64,000 bases of DNA from Camelus ferus (Eukaryota), in contig NC_045697.1 in NCBI RefSeq assembly GCF_009834535.1, positions 13,828,001-13,892,000 of the forward strand. Reading direction: 5' to 3'. Of this stretch, positions 51,651-64,000 are shown piece by piece. The position numbers were made by a program, and so were the translations under genes. Position 1 is the stretch's first letter; every line of letters begins with the position of its first letter. A model generated the notes under the pieces. The model was not told the origin of the DNA. It did not search any database and saw only the letters and a program-made list of their open reading frames with translations.

Positions 51651-53179
51651 CTTTCCAGATGGCTTATAGTGGCATTAAACACCTGGGCTTCTTTAATAAA
51701 AATAAAGCATTTTCTAAATCAAATAAACATTTAATGGTTAAACTGATGAGGAAACATTATGAATCACGAACATTATCTCAAATTTATTTTTGAGAGTTGT
51801 TGGTCCTGGATGAAGTTCAGACTCAAAAATGTATGATACTTTTCCCTGTGAATAGCAAGTGAAATTTTGAATTTGAGATCTTTTATTCCACTAATAGTAT
51901 TTACAGTTACTGCTGGTGGTGCAGTGACTTTAGAATAACAGAAGCTAATGTCGCTCTTTACTTCCAGTCTCTCCCCAGGATGCTTGGCAATTTCTCTCAA
52001 TCTTCTGGTTGCTTTCTCAAAACAGCTGGAACTTAACTTTGAAAATACAGAGAGCCAACGTTGTCCTACAGCTTTTAATTGCCAATTAAGCAGGTTTGAA
52101 TTTATGAATCCATCTCATATGTGATTAAAGTGGAGTTTTATTTTTTTAAGGTTTTTAAACACCGTGAGTACTTTTCATATTTCTTACCTGAGTAGATAGG
52201 GTTAATAAGTTTTAACCTATAACCATAATTAAAAATCAATGTCTTTATATAAGAATCGAAGGAAAGTTCAATATCTGTACTGGTATGTCCCATATCTGTG
52301 CAAATTGTAATAATACTAGATTATGTTTATAGGAATATCAAGCAGATAATTTCATGAAAAATTTTTGTAAATTAATAAAAAGATACTGACTAGGCAAAAT
52401 ACACAAATATCAAAATATCATGTGCATATATCATAAATATATCTATATAAGAAAAATATATTATATACACACCAGATATATCTGTCAGGTATAGATACAA
52501 GCATGAAATCCTCAGATGGAAATTTTCTTAAAGAAAAAGCAACCATAATCATGTGTGAGAAAAAGTAATGTTTTAAGAAGCATTTTTGTAAAGAACCCTT
52601 GGCTCGTATTTGGATGTCATTGCCAATCTTAAGTCAATTAAATTATTTCAAGTTTCTGTTTTCCTGTTGGGGGGTGGGGCAGGTAGTAGTGTTTACTTAT
52701 TTAATTGGCTCTGGAATAAAGACTTATTTGGTTCCTGCAGTTCTTCCAAAGTTAAATCATGTACTGTACTAAAAGAAAACAATGTCTGAGTGAAATATTA
52801 TTGAACTTGGCTCTTTTTGTTGTTAATGGGATATTGGTTTGTAGGTTTCCCTCACCTCCATGATTAATTTCTCTATCTCTCCATGGACTCCAAATTGGAG
52901 GAAGAAATAGAATTTTTTTCTCCCTGTATTTGCCATTAAAACTAGCAAACACTGATACTAAATTGATCAGAAAGTTGAGGTGGGGAAGACTATTTACTTA
53001 AAGTAGAAAATCCTAGTATCAGTTACCACATTCCCCTAGTCTCCTACAAGGGACATCACCTGTTGTATGGTGGTTCTTAATATTGTCTGACTGCCCATGA
53101 GATCATGTGGGAGCTTCAAAATATTCTGATGCCCAAGCGCACACTGAATCCATTAAGGGTAATACTTTGGAGAGAGTGA

Positions 53180-53700
53180 TCTTTAATTTCAAGTTTCAGT
53201 TTAACTGGGACATGAGGTTATCAGATATTTGATCAAACATTATTCTGGGCCCTCCTGTTAGTTTAACATTAAATTACTAGACTGAATCAAGCAGGCTGGC
53301 CTCCTTTACGTGGATGAGTTTCATCCAACCAGTTGAAGGCCTGAATAGAACAAAAAGACTTACCCTCCCCTGAACAAGTGGGAATTCCTTCTGCTCGACT
53401 CTTTCGAGTTGGAATATTGCTGCTGCTGTTGTTTGTTTGTTTCCTGCCGTCAGACTTGAACTGAAACATTTGCTCTTCCAGGATCTTGGAAGGTCCAGGA
53501 TCTTGCTGGGTTTTCGTTTGGAATTTACATCATCAGCTCTCCTGGGTATCCAGCTGGCTCACTGCAGGTCTTGGAACTTGCCAACTTCTATATAATTGTA
53601 TAAGCCAATGCTTTATAATAAATATCCTATAAAAATATATTTAATTTTACTTGTGTATATATAAAGATATATACACTTATGGATATACATGCATATATAT
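53180..53700 (+). mobile_element. MLT2 (ERVL) LTR
   Basis: cagatatttgatcaaacattattctggg...catccaaccagttgaaggcctgaatagaacaaaaagact...tcagctctcctggg. Confidence 0.85.
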
Positions 53701-54429
53701 AAAGACAGGTGACTTTATGTGGCCAGTGAAATGCGAGCAGTCACGTACGTCCCATGTATGTCATGCTCAAGAGCCAAAGAGTGAATCTTCCTCTTCTCTT
53801 TCCCCTGCTATGATGACCACAGATGTTTTAGGGACAGGATGCCCAACGAGTCTGTTTCCTGGAATGAAGATGATGTGGAAAAACAGTGAAGATAACACGG
53901 AATGCGGCCCAATAATCCCAATATGGACATGAAGCACGAATAAGAAATAAACATTATGATTATGGATTTTCTGTAAGAGTTTTTCACACTTTTGTTAACA
54001 TATACGTCTATTACCCAGTCTATCAGCTCTAGGGCCTTTCTGCCTCTGGGCTTCTTGGGATGTGAGATAACACATTGTCTTATGGACTAAAGCACTTGGA
54101 TCATGGTCTTACGTTGCCTGCATCTGTAATCGTTCAAATTGTAAACCAGGAAAATTCCTTTCAATCCTTCAAACCCTAGTTATTGTCCTGTCTTTCTTGG
54201 GTCTTTCCTGGTATCAGAGGATAGCATTACCCTACTTTCTGTCACACTGCTGTGTATATTTGTCTCATCACATGCACCAGACTGATTGCTAACCTTGTTT
54301 TTATATTGTCTACCCACTAGCCAACAAGCTCTGCAACACAAAGATTTATGTCTTTTCTATCTTTAATTCTCTGGCATCTAGACCAATATTAAGACGTTTA
54401 TAGGGCCTAGTATACATTTTCCTGACTTC

Positions 54430-55560
54430 AATCAAATAATCCTTTAATGTGGAAATGGTAATTCTCTCAAATGTTTATAACTGTCTTCAATATTTCCTCT
54501 ACACACATTGAGAATCACACAACACAGTGCTGTAATTTTGCTTCTGCCATCAAACAGAATTTAGAAAGCATAAGGGAAGGAAAGTATATTGTCTTTACCC
54601 TTATTTTTTACTCTTTCCTTTTTTTCTTCCTTCCTGATGCTCCAAGTTTCCTTCTTTTATCATTTCCTTTTCTCTTAGAGAAATTCCGTTAGCCATTCTG
54701 TTAGGGTGGTTCCACAGGCAAGGCGAACACTCTTAGCAACCTTTCACCTGGAATGCCTTGATGTCCCCTCCACCGTCTGATTGGCATTGGTCGAACTGTG
54801 GTTTTCCTGGTTTTTGATATGATGAGTGATCTTCCTATTGTATCCTGGACATTGCGTTTGTCATGCTAGGAAACTCTTGGTGCTATTTAAATCTTCCCTT
54901 TTAGTGTGTGGTCACCATGTTTAGATTTAGCGTACAGTTTCTGGCCTACTTCTGTGGGTTTTAGTTCTAATGACAGTTTAGTTTTCATAGGTTTTGCATT
55001 GCAGGTTTGACCTGTTTTGCTATCCTGGTGCTGCTGGGTTTCCTGCTCAGTTCCTTCTAATGCTGAGGTCGTATCCTGGGTCATCTGCCGGTGATGGAGG
55101 AGAGCCAGAACATGCTGGGCATGGGTCTCTTACACCACTGAGGGCAGGAAAAGCCGGGCTCCAACAATGCTGCCCCAAGGGTGGGTCAGCTTGTCTGCTA
55201 GCGCGCGTCTGATCGTGTGGCAGGGGTAGGTCGGCCTTCAGGGGCTTTGAAGCTGCTGCTCCGGGTGGGTGGATTTCGCCCAGCTGGTGCCCTAGGTATG
55301 GAGCAGGGGTTGACACTTCCCACCAGGTCTCTCTCAGACTTGCCTTTTCTCTGCATTATGTAAGACAGAAGGAGAACCCAGGAGATTCCCTGGGTCATCA
55401 TTCCTCTGGGCCTGAGCTCCCTTGCCAGTCCAACTTATCCTTTCCAGCTCTCTGAATCCTTTTATATTGTCTGTTGAATTATTTCCAGGGCATGTAGCTG
55501 TACTTAGAGGAAAGAGTGGGGATACATAAGCCTATAGCATCCTGCTCCAGAACTGGAATT
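54430..55560 (-). mobile_element. Old L1 5'-region/ORF1 remnant (L1M4-like)
   Basis: ttttgcttctgccatcaaacagaatttagaaag...tttccttcttttatcatttccttt, followed by a more GC-rich 5' UTR-like tract. Confidence 0.5.
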
Positions 55561-57129
55561 CTCCAAGTTCTTTCACATATTAACTTATTTAATCTTCACA
55601 ACTTCTTTGAAGTAGGATAATACATAACCTTTTATTTTCCACATATGATAGGTTAAGGAAGAAAAATTAAAATTAAAAAGATCCTGGCAAAGACACCAAA
55701 GAAGAAGAATATACAGGTGAAACACATGCACATACATTTTTGTGGACACACGCACACACACACTGCGCACATACACACAAAAACAGTTCTGACTGTGACC
55801 CTGAATAGATTTACAGCTTCAGGGCCTCCTTTAATCACAAAATAAAGCAATTTGCAATGAATGAGCAAGTGTCTAGAAGTTACTTTATTTTCATACACTT
55901 TAAAAAATGGCATTAGAATTCACATTTTATTTTTTATAATTTTTCATTACAATGCTTGGGAAACCATTCGTGGGGATCTTTGGACATTTTTCTACTGTGT
56001 TATCTCAACCACAATGAACAACACACATCTTTCGAGTTGATATTTCTTACACATCAAGATACGACTAGCCAGCAAGACAAAGTAGTATTTCTGCGTTTTT
56101 AGACATGACATTGTATTTATTGAATAGTTAAACTTTTATGTTTATACTTAAGAGAGTCTTCTTTATATAATGTTTTTTTCCTAAGTTTATACAGATTTAT
56201 TTTTCACTCAAGTCTCATCTGTGGTAGAATTTCTAGGTTGTTTTGGTGGGGAAAATATTCCTTTTGTCTTATGTAACCAAGGACAGTGTATCCCAAGTCA
56301 TGAAAGAGAAATGAAATAATCCTATTAACATGGTAAGAAGGAGACAAAAAGGGTTCGCTCAAGTCAGATTATATTCAACCTAGTGATTCTCTGCTACCTG
56401 TTTTTATGTTGTCTTTTACATTCACCACCTTCAACTATAAATAATAGCCATAATGCAAATAAAAATAATACATTATTTTACAGTTCATATAGTTCTTTCA
56501 CATACAGTTTTCATTCCATTATCATGAATTTCCTGTGATTCACGAATTAGTAAGGGGCCCAGTGCTTTGGATTCTGGCTGCTTGGGTTAAAATCCTAGCT
56601 CTGCTGTTTCCTGGCTGAGAGACCTTGGGCAGGTTATTTAACCTTTCTTGGCCTCATTCCACATCCCTAAGGTAATGTGAGCAAGTCACTCAAACTTTTT
56701 TGTCCCTTAACTTCCTCGTCTAGAAGATAATACAGTTTTCTAGGAGGATTAAATGACGGAATAAAGTAAAACACTTAGAAAAATGCCTGCATGTAGTAAA
56801 TACTTAATAAATGTTATTTTTTTTTAATCTCCATCTTACACGTGAGGACCATCTGGTTCAACAGATAAGCACATGCGAGAAATGGATAGTAGCCTATCTT
56901 GTACTTACTTACTTTATATTAAAATGAGATGAATTTAAATTTTCTTTAAATGCTTTTGCAGAGTTCCATTTCAGAGTTAAAGAAGTCGAGCTGCAGATAA
57001 TACTGAGAAAGACATTTACTGACTGTCACAGAACAGCCACTTTGGAGCTCAGAGCTCTTATCTTTACAACATCCCTTTGAATTTTAACATAACCCTTTGG
57101 GAAACTATGACCTGGTACATGGAACAGTC

Positions 57130-57645
57130 ACCTCTTTGGACTACAGCCAAATAGGACCTGCCACAAGTTTTTATGTCGTCAGTGAGCTAAAAATGATTTT
57201 TATCTATTAAACTTAGCAATTGATTTGATGATAGAAAACACTTACTTGGAACCCCAATTAAATGAATGTTATCCCCCCAAAAGAATTCCATAATTGTCAT
57301 TAGTAGATCTGTATCACAAAAAACTGTAATCAATAGTTAAATTTTTATTTTATTTTATTTTTTATTGAAGTATAGTCAGTTTACAATGTTGTGTCAATTT
57401 CTGGTGTACAGCATAATGTTTTAGTCATACATATACATACATATATTCCTTTTCATATTCTTTTTCATTATAGGTTACTACAAGATATTGTTACATTTTT
57501 AATTACATCAGCAAAAGAGTTGTGGAAATTAATTTTCTTTATTTATTATGTTAAGTGTTTTATAATGTCCTTTATTTTGCCTGTTGGCCTGCAAAGTCTA
57601 AAATACTACCTGATCCTTTACAGAAAAAGTTTGTTAACTCTTGGA
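57130..57645. mobile_element. hAT-Charlie (MER58-like) DNA element interrupted by a camelid L1 3' fragment (57345-57490)
   Basis: tgagctaaaaatgattttta and ggcctgcaaagtctaaaatac...cctttacagaaaaagtttg terminal motifs. Confidence 0.6.
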
Positions 57646-59510
57646 TTAAGACATTAATGTGATTCTTTGTACAAAAAATAGCTTTTGACCATCAGGCAGG
57701 TATATACTCTGAACTATATTTTTCCGATAGTGGTTATGAACTACCTCTGTTAAGCAGATCTGGTTTTTATCTAAAATATATAACATTTAGACGGGATTTA
57801 AAAATATTTATTTTGAGTTTATGTTAGACTACAGCAAATTTTTTTGTTATTTTAGCCTGATATTGTGACCCTCTAAGAGAAATCAGTAGGAGTCTGCAGA
57901 AGTTGTGAAGGTTTCCTGCCCACTCTTTCCCAGATAACACAGATTTTTTTTTCTTCTGTGAAAATCTAGGAGGCATTTTTAGATTTAATAAGTCAAAAGA
58001 TTAGGCAATTTAAAACTATTTACAACTGAATTTCCTTTTCCTCAATGGTTAATTTCTTGTAAACTTATTTTAACCTCATAAAACTATTAACATTTTTGCT
58101 GTTTATTTTCTCTTGGGCTTTTAAATGTTAATGTGTTTTTTTAACCTGCATCGTTGAATATTAACTATTTCTTTTACTTTCTTTGTGGTTGTTCTTGCCC
58201 AAGTAGCTTATGTATTTAATGTTCATAGGTCACTTTACTCCACCATCGCCTCCCAAAACACACTTTTGTCTTAACTATGTAGAGAATGAAACATTGTGCA
58301 AAGCACTCAAATCACAGAATTTGAGAAATAGGTTTTATGATGTTCATAAAATGGGATTTGGTGTCAGACCGGAATACTGATTCCTACTTTGCCAGTTACT
58401 AGCTGTATGAGCAGGACCAGCTGAATGAATTCCTACGAGCCCCAGTTTTCTTAACTATCTATGGGAGATAAAAATAGCCTCTAATTCAGAGGATTGTCTT
58501 GAAAATGAAAGGAGCTGAGATACACAAGGTGAGGATCCCAGTCTTTGGAACACAGAGAATATTTAATAAATAGAGTTGCATTATTACTGAGAACTGGAAA
58601 AGAGAGTTATAGTTTAACTGGTCCAATCCCAACATTACATAAATGAGAAAAACTAAGACCATAAGCTCTAACATACCCAAAGCAGTCTCACTTAGCAACA
58701 TATTCAGGTTTCAGACTTTTCGCTCTAAGATTTTACTAAAACACCAAGAGGCTATTTTATTATGACAGTGGAAAACCAACTTCACCTCTTCAAAACAGTA
58801 CTGAGGATATAATTATCACGAAATGAATTGTATCGATCTCCCCTCATTTCTTCATGGATTACTGTAAGCCTGGGCAGAGTTTGATCTTTCTTCTAGTCTT
58901 AAAATATAGCCCCCAGCCCACCCTTCGAGGGTTTCCCAGGGCTCAGGATAGGAAGCTACTTGATCATTATAATAGTTAATGGAAATATCTAATTTGTTCT
59001 CACAATACAAATGAAATATTTCAGAAATGTTCACTAATGAGTAGTAGGAATGATGAAAACAGTAACACTGCCCTTTATTTAATAAGCACCTAGCTCTATG
59101 CCAGGTTCTGTGCTGTTAATTTGACAGATGTTATCTTAATCTTCACTGTAATCATGAAAAGTTAAGTATTGTTATTCCTGTATATATGTAATATTAAGCT
59201 GGAAAAAAATTTAGTGTAATGAATTTTATAACTGGCCAAGACATAACAATTAGAGCAGCTTGCTGAGATGGAAGCTCTTTCCATTTCTCAAGGCCATTTC
59301 TTTGGAAAATGAGTTTAAATTCTTGTTACCTCCTTGGGGCTGCGCATGAAAACATTTTGGTGCCCCCTAGAGGTTATCAGGAATGTACACTTGTCAAATG
59401 CCTGGGAATGAGAAGCTGAGTCAATTCAGCAGGTGCTACCTATCATTCACTGCTCCCTGATTCTCCAAACGCAGGTGGCTCAGGTACAACCATAAAGGAG
59501 CTCTAGAGAG

Positions 59511-59689
59511 CGGTGGGTCTCAAGCTTCAGTGACCATCAAAACCACTGCGAGGCTTGTTAGAACTCTGGCCTTCACCCCCAGAGTTTCTGATTCTGTGCT
59601 GAGGTGGGGCCTGAAAATTTGCATTTCTAACTAGAAACCTTGGCATTTTGGATGCTGCTGGTCTTGGGGACCACATCTGAAGACCACTG
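59511..59689. mobile_element. MER5A hAT DNA transposon
   Basis: TIR-like ends cggtgggtctc / gaagaccactg, core ccccagagtttctgattc...gtggggcctgaaaatttgcatttctaac, ctaga-type target flanks. Confidence 0.85.
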
Positions 59690-62600
59690 CCCTAGAGAAT
59701 CATCTCGAAGTTTAAGCTAGTTCCAGTAGCTGGACCAGAAGCTGGCTGGTTCTGTGGATCCTAGTTCTTCCCTGCTCCCTTTAGATGTTTATAAACAGTG
59801 TGTGCAGAGAAATGTGAACATCTCCTCTGTGAGGGTGACAGTTCCTGACGAACTACAGATTCCATCATCCCTGTGAGTTCCAGACACTCTATAGGTTGGG
59901 TGTCGGAGAATCAATTGAGGTTTGAGGTCAGAGAACTCAGGTCCTGATTTCAACTCTGCCAGGTAATCAGACCTGGCTAAAGACCAAAGTCCTCACCTGA
60001 ACACAAATTAACTAGCAACCATCTAGAATTACAGTGCAGTTTTAACTCCATCAAATAGCTTGGATCCTAGGAGGCAGGAAAAATTTTTAGTTAAATCTTT
60101 ATTTCCATAATGGTATGGAGATCCATATTTACATGTCCAATACAAAAATATTATGAAAAAAATTAGGTAATTAACATGTGCACATTTTGAAACAATGAAA
60201 GAGCAGTGTGAAAACATTTCAATCCACGGAATTATCCTGGAAGTTTCACGAATTTAATAATGCTATTACGATTACCTACCTTTTTTTTTCACTCATATTT
60301 ACCTCTTTTTTGTTAATTCTCCTTTCTTCTTCCTTTTCTCCATATATCAATTTCACAAACTTTTTTTCCTCCAAAGAAAATGCAAATTGAGAGAAAGCTT
60401 TCTTGTATTTTGTTTGTTTTTTTACTGTATGAGTTTTTAAGTGTCTACATTGTTTTCTAAATTATTGTAGCCACTGGATTTTTTTTTTTTTTTCTCAAGG
60501 TAACAGGGGACTTGTATGTTAACTGCAGTGGACTCCATGTCTGTTTAATTCAGGTCAGGATTTATGGAGACCTCATGTGGTGACAGGAGGCACCACAGAA
60601 GGCTTTCTTCAGGCTGGGCGGAACAGAGTCAAAGAGAAACTCAGAACCCATTTGGGAGCAACATATTCTAGAAAGAACTAAGATCTAGAAGTTAATGGTA
60701 CTGAAGCATCAAACACATCCTGCAATAATACTACAGGAATAATAGAACAATATTTCTTAAAAGAGAAACCTGGTCACCCATGTATAAATTTTCCTTTTGC
60801 TAACTGAAAAGCTGATGACACAGACATTAAGGTGCCATGTCTCTCAGGAATTAGTTGCAGTCTTTTTTTTTTTTTCTTAATGAAATCCATTGGACATATC
60901 TTCTCAGTCAAATCTGCATCAAATTCAAAAATATGTTTCTGCAGGCATGCTGCTGTGAATGTTATTTTCAGCTCTTTTCCTGGTTTTACACAGAATGGAA
61001 AGTGAGCCAGAGAAAGAATCAAACTTGAACTCATGTCTATGACTTGCTTTATGCAATGATGTTAATAGCATTACTCATGAGTATTTGGAATGCAGGATAT
61101 GTTTTTGCAATTAAAATACAGAACAATGATTCTATGAGGCAGATAAAGTTGAACATAAATACTCATATCTTGTTGCTGACAGGGTATCAAAGTTGTGGAA
61201 TTAAGTTAATTAGCGTGGTAGTAAATATATTTCAACCAGTTAATTTACTGGTACACACTAAAGAAATTCTCTGAGGGTGGGGATGCAGAGGGATGGAAGA
61301 GTCCATCATTGATGGGTACTTGTTCTTTATCTCATTTTTCTTACAAGAAAATGTCACGATGGCTTCCACTTTCTCCTTCTTAAGGAAGTTACATAACAGA
61401 CCTTTAAGCTAAAATCTAGACGGACAAATGAGTTAATGAATGTTAAACGTTTTTAAGTATTTAAAAGAACAGAGGACTATAAATCAATGGCGTTAAAATG
61501 AGTAATCCTAAGAGTTCCCATTCAGTTATCAAATGGGTAACCTCTCTTTGGAAATGTCCTCAAAATGGCTTTAAGTTTTCCAGGGAAGGCAAAATGACAT
61601 AGGCAGAGGTAGCTATTATGCAAAGATATTTTGGAAAATGCAAGTAGGAAAAAAGTTACTGAGGATATTGGAGAGATTTCAAATTGAGTATATTCTTGTG
61701 GTAAAGAAATCAGTCAATTTTCAGGGCACCGCCTGTGTGCCAGGCATATTGTTAGATGCTGAAAATAGAAAAATGAACCTGATGGGTCCTCTTGCCTTCA
61801 TGGGGGTGACAGATAATTACACAAATAATTATCACACTGTAAGACAGGCATTAGGCTGGGGGCTTGCAAAAATTCCTGTGAAAGAGATGTAAGGTGAAAT
61901 AGGACCAGAAGAATGAGGTGAGACGTTTTAAATCCAAGCAAAATTGTTGACTCATTTAGATGTCATTTCAAACCAATCGTGACTTTGTTTTTTTCTGGGG
62001 GGGGGGGGGCAGGAGAGTGGTAGCAGTTGCCAGACATACATCACAATAAAAAGACAAGAAGAAACAAGGAAATTCTCTTCCAAAACAGTGGGGCAAAAAT
62101 ATCCAGAACGTCCCTGAAATAAAGGAAACCTTCTGGTTACAACGTGCGTTGCTAGGGATTTATTTTTTCCCTCCTTTCCTAAGAGAGTAAAATCACACAG
62201 ACACATTCAAGCCCTTGGAGTTTTGTGAGCGTACTGTGTATTCAAGATGTCAACAGAGCACGGTGCTCAGTGCGTGACTACAAAGAAAGGGTTAAACGGA
62301 AGGGGGTGGCTCGGAGATGGGAGGCTGGCGAGAAGGTTCAAAAACACCACTTCCCAACTTGCAAAAACTCTGAACTTTTAAGCTCCCCAAAATACACATG
62401 TGTGTGTCTGAGCGCAGCAGATCTATTTCGGTGGATTTTTTTTTTTTTTTTAATTTTAAAACCATAATCTCTCTCTCTCTCTCTTGCTGCGCTTCAAACA
62501 CTGAGCAGCCCCCTTAGGATCGCGTGGCAAAAGCTGCAGCGGAGAAACTGGCAGCGCTATTTATGAGCAGCGTTCAAAGCCGCCCTCCCGTCATCCCCCC

Positions 62601-62819
62601 GCAGCGAACGACCATCTTCGAGCCTGGGTCACCTCGGGGACCCTGGAGCTGGGGGCGGGGTCCCGGGAACCTCCTTCCTCCGCCAAACTTCGCCGTGGCG
62701 TGGGAGCGAGGGCGCGGGCCGGGGTGCGCGGGAACGCGCCGCCCGCCGCCGCCTCCGCCCGGCGCTGGCAGCTGGGGCCTCACCTCTCCCGGGCGAGGTG
62801 CGGGCTCCCCGCGCGCAGC

Positions 62820-62912
62820 CACTGGGCGGAGCCGGGCCGCACGGGGCGGGGCCGAGGGGGCCGGGGCTCCGCCGGCTATATAAAGCCGGCGCCGGCTTAA
62901 CTTCTGACTTGG
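62820..62912 (+). promoter_or_regulatory. Core promoter: GC boxes, TATA box, predicted TSS ~62907
   Basis: GGGCGG at 62824, GGGGCGGGGC at 62843, TATATAAA at 62877-62884, A at 62907 (ctgActt) exactly 30 nt downstream of the TATA start. Confidence 0.75.
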
Positions 62913-63000
62913 GGTTATTTATTTGGGGAGCGCGCGGACGGCGGAGGCTGACGGAGGAGGCGGCGGCGGCAGTGGCTGCCGCAGACGGTGGTTAAAAAAA

Positions 63001-63027
63001 GGCGGCGGCGGCGGCAGCGGCGGCGGC
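63001..63027 (+). repeat. (GGC)5 AGC (GGC)3 trinucleotide repeat in the predicted 5' UTR
   Basis: Read directly from the sequence. Confidence 0.9.
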
Positions 63028-63032
63028 AAGGG

Positions 63033-63101
63033 ATGGGAGCGCCGTGGCTCCCGGGCGCAGGCGGGAGCTGCCGAGCTTTCCGGGCAAGGCGGGAGTACTG
63101 A
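63033..63101 (+). other. Candidate uORF, 22 aa (MGAPWLPGAGGSCRAFRARREY)
   Basis: First ATG after the predicted TSS, strong context gggATGg, TGA at 63099-63101. Confidence 0.55.
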
Positions 63102-64000
63102 GGAGAAAGGGGAGCGTCTGAGGGGCCCGCAGCCGGCTCCCGAGGCACGGGCCGGGTTTTTGTTCGGCTGCGCTGAGCGCCAGGCAGCCCGAGCCAACAA
63201 CTCCAGTTACAACAACAACCCACCTTCCCGCAGCCGAGCGAGACTAGGGCTGCTGCGTCCGTCCTATTGTTTAGACACTTGCCAGGAGCTCGGGAGTCTG
63301 CGGAGCCTCCGAGTCCCCGCTCCCTGTTGCCGCCTTCCCTCTCCCCCACTTCCCTCCCCAGAGAAGGAGGCGCGGAAAGACCGGGAGAGGGGAAGGGGCT
63401 GGAAGGAAACGGGCTGCTCCGGACTGCGGCCGCCGAGTCAGGTGCAGCGCTGGGAGACGGGCGGCGTCGCGACGTCGGCGGGAGGACTCCCACCGTGTCT
63501 GTGAGGACTGGATTCTAAGCCTGGGAAAAGTTCCTGCACTTTGAGAAGAAGGGCCCACTTGTAGGCTACTGTCGAGGGGGGAGCCCGAGGGGCTGTGCTT
63601 GCCCAGGAGCCCGGTCTTGTTTCTTCCACCTTTGCCATCAGGTGTCTGCTGCGGAGCTGCGGCGTATGCGGGAGACGAAAGGGGCTGACACACACACGCA
63701 CAGGGGACTGCCGTGCAGCTGCCTCCTGGGGTCTCCTCGGGAGTAGCAGATCCCACGACCGTCTACCAGCTACCATCTCGCCACCCTCCGGAACACCCCT
63801 GCCTGACTGGGACGCGGACACCTCCACCTTGGCCTTTCCACTCTTTCCTGCCGGCCTGCCAGCCAGTTCCCTACTTAGTCTTCTCAGGAGCTCTCGTCCT
63901 TAACTTGGTCTCTAGGATTTTCTCTACCGTGGTCGTGACTAGTGGATATTTCTGCCGGCTGCGGCGGCGCGACTGCCCTTTTGTCTTTTCTGCGTGACCT

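Larger units (their letters stand above)
39542..60979 (-). pseudogene. Candidate decayed multi-exon protein-coding gene (unitary pseudogene), product unknown
   Basis: AG/GT-flanked minus-strand segments in non-repeat islands join in frame: 47431-47360, 46600-46457, 44892-44843, 43011-42923, 39582-39542, and separately 52941-52856 with the exon starting at 52036. Further candidates lie at 56090-56051, 58988-58786 and from 60979. Scattered TGA/TAA stops. Confidence 0.5.
62480..64000. promoter_or_regulatory. CpG island
   Basis: Abrupt switch to very GC- and CpG-rich sequence after 62 kb of CpG-depleted DNA. Confidence 0.95.
62907..64000 (+). other. Probable long GC-rich first exon / 5' UTR of an unidentified gene
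   Basis: Downstream of the TATA box; GGC repeats; no strong GTRAGT donor and no long ATG-initiated ORF before the window end. Confidence 0.6.

Noticed and set aside
62524..63997. Many overlapping Gly/Ala/Arg/Pro-rich ORFs, including a 193-aa poly-Gly ORF from TTG at 62923
   Set aside because: Expected from stop-codon scarcity in a CpG island; mostly non-ATG starts and no domain signal.
62907..64000. Assigning a gene name to the CpG-island transcript
   Set aside because: No coding sequence is in the window and I do not recognise the leader with enough certainty.
1..64000. Prokaryotic-type systems (CRISPR arrays, operons, IS elements)
   Set aside because: The sequence is mammalian; no regularly spaced direct-repeat arrays or gene-dense regions were seen.

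Overview
Mammalian genomic DNA, most likely camelid (camel/alpaca/llama), judged from lineage-type L1 3' ends and short tRNA-derived SINEs. About 62 kb is AT-rich and dominated by interspersed repeats (L1, L2, MIR, MaLR/ERVL/ERV1 LTRs, hAT elements). The last ~1.5 kb is a CpG island with a GC-box/TATA promoter and the start of a long, GC-rich + strand first exon carrying two uORFs; its main CDS lies beyond the window and the gene is not identified. No intact protein-coding gene was found. The most interesting signal is a chain of splice-site-flanked, phase-compatible, stop-interrupted exons on the minus strand (~39.5-61 kb). This looks like a decayed multi-exon gene (candidate unitary pseudogene) head-to-head with the CpG-island promoter. 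Also present are an ancient ~1.5 kb inversion that split an L1MC element and left a ~275 bp inverted duplication, a templated inverted insertion inside an LTR16, a twin-primed L1, and an internally deleted L1 with intact TSDs. Repeat family names come from recalled consensus sequences, not a database search.
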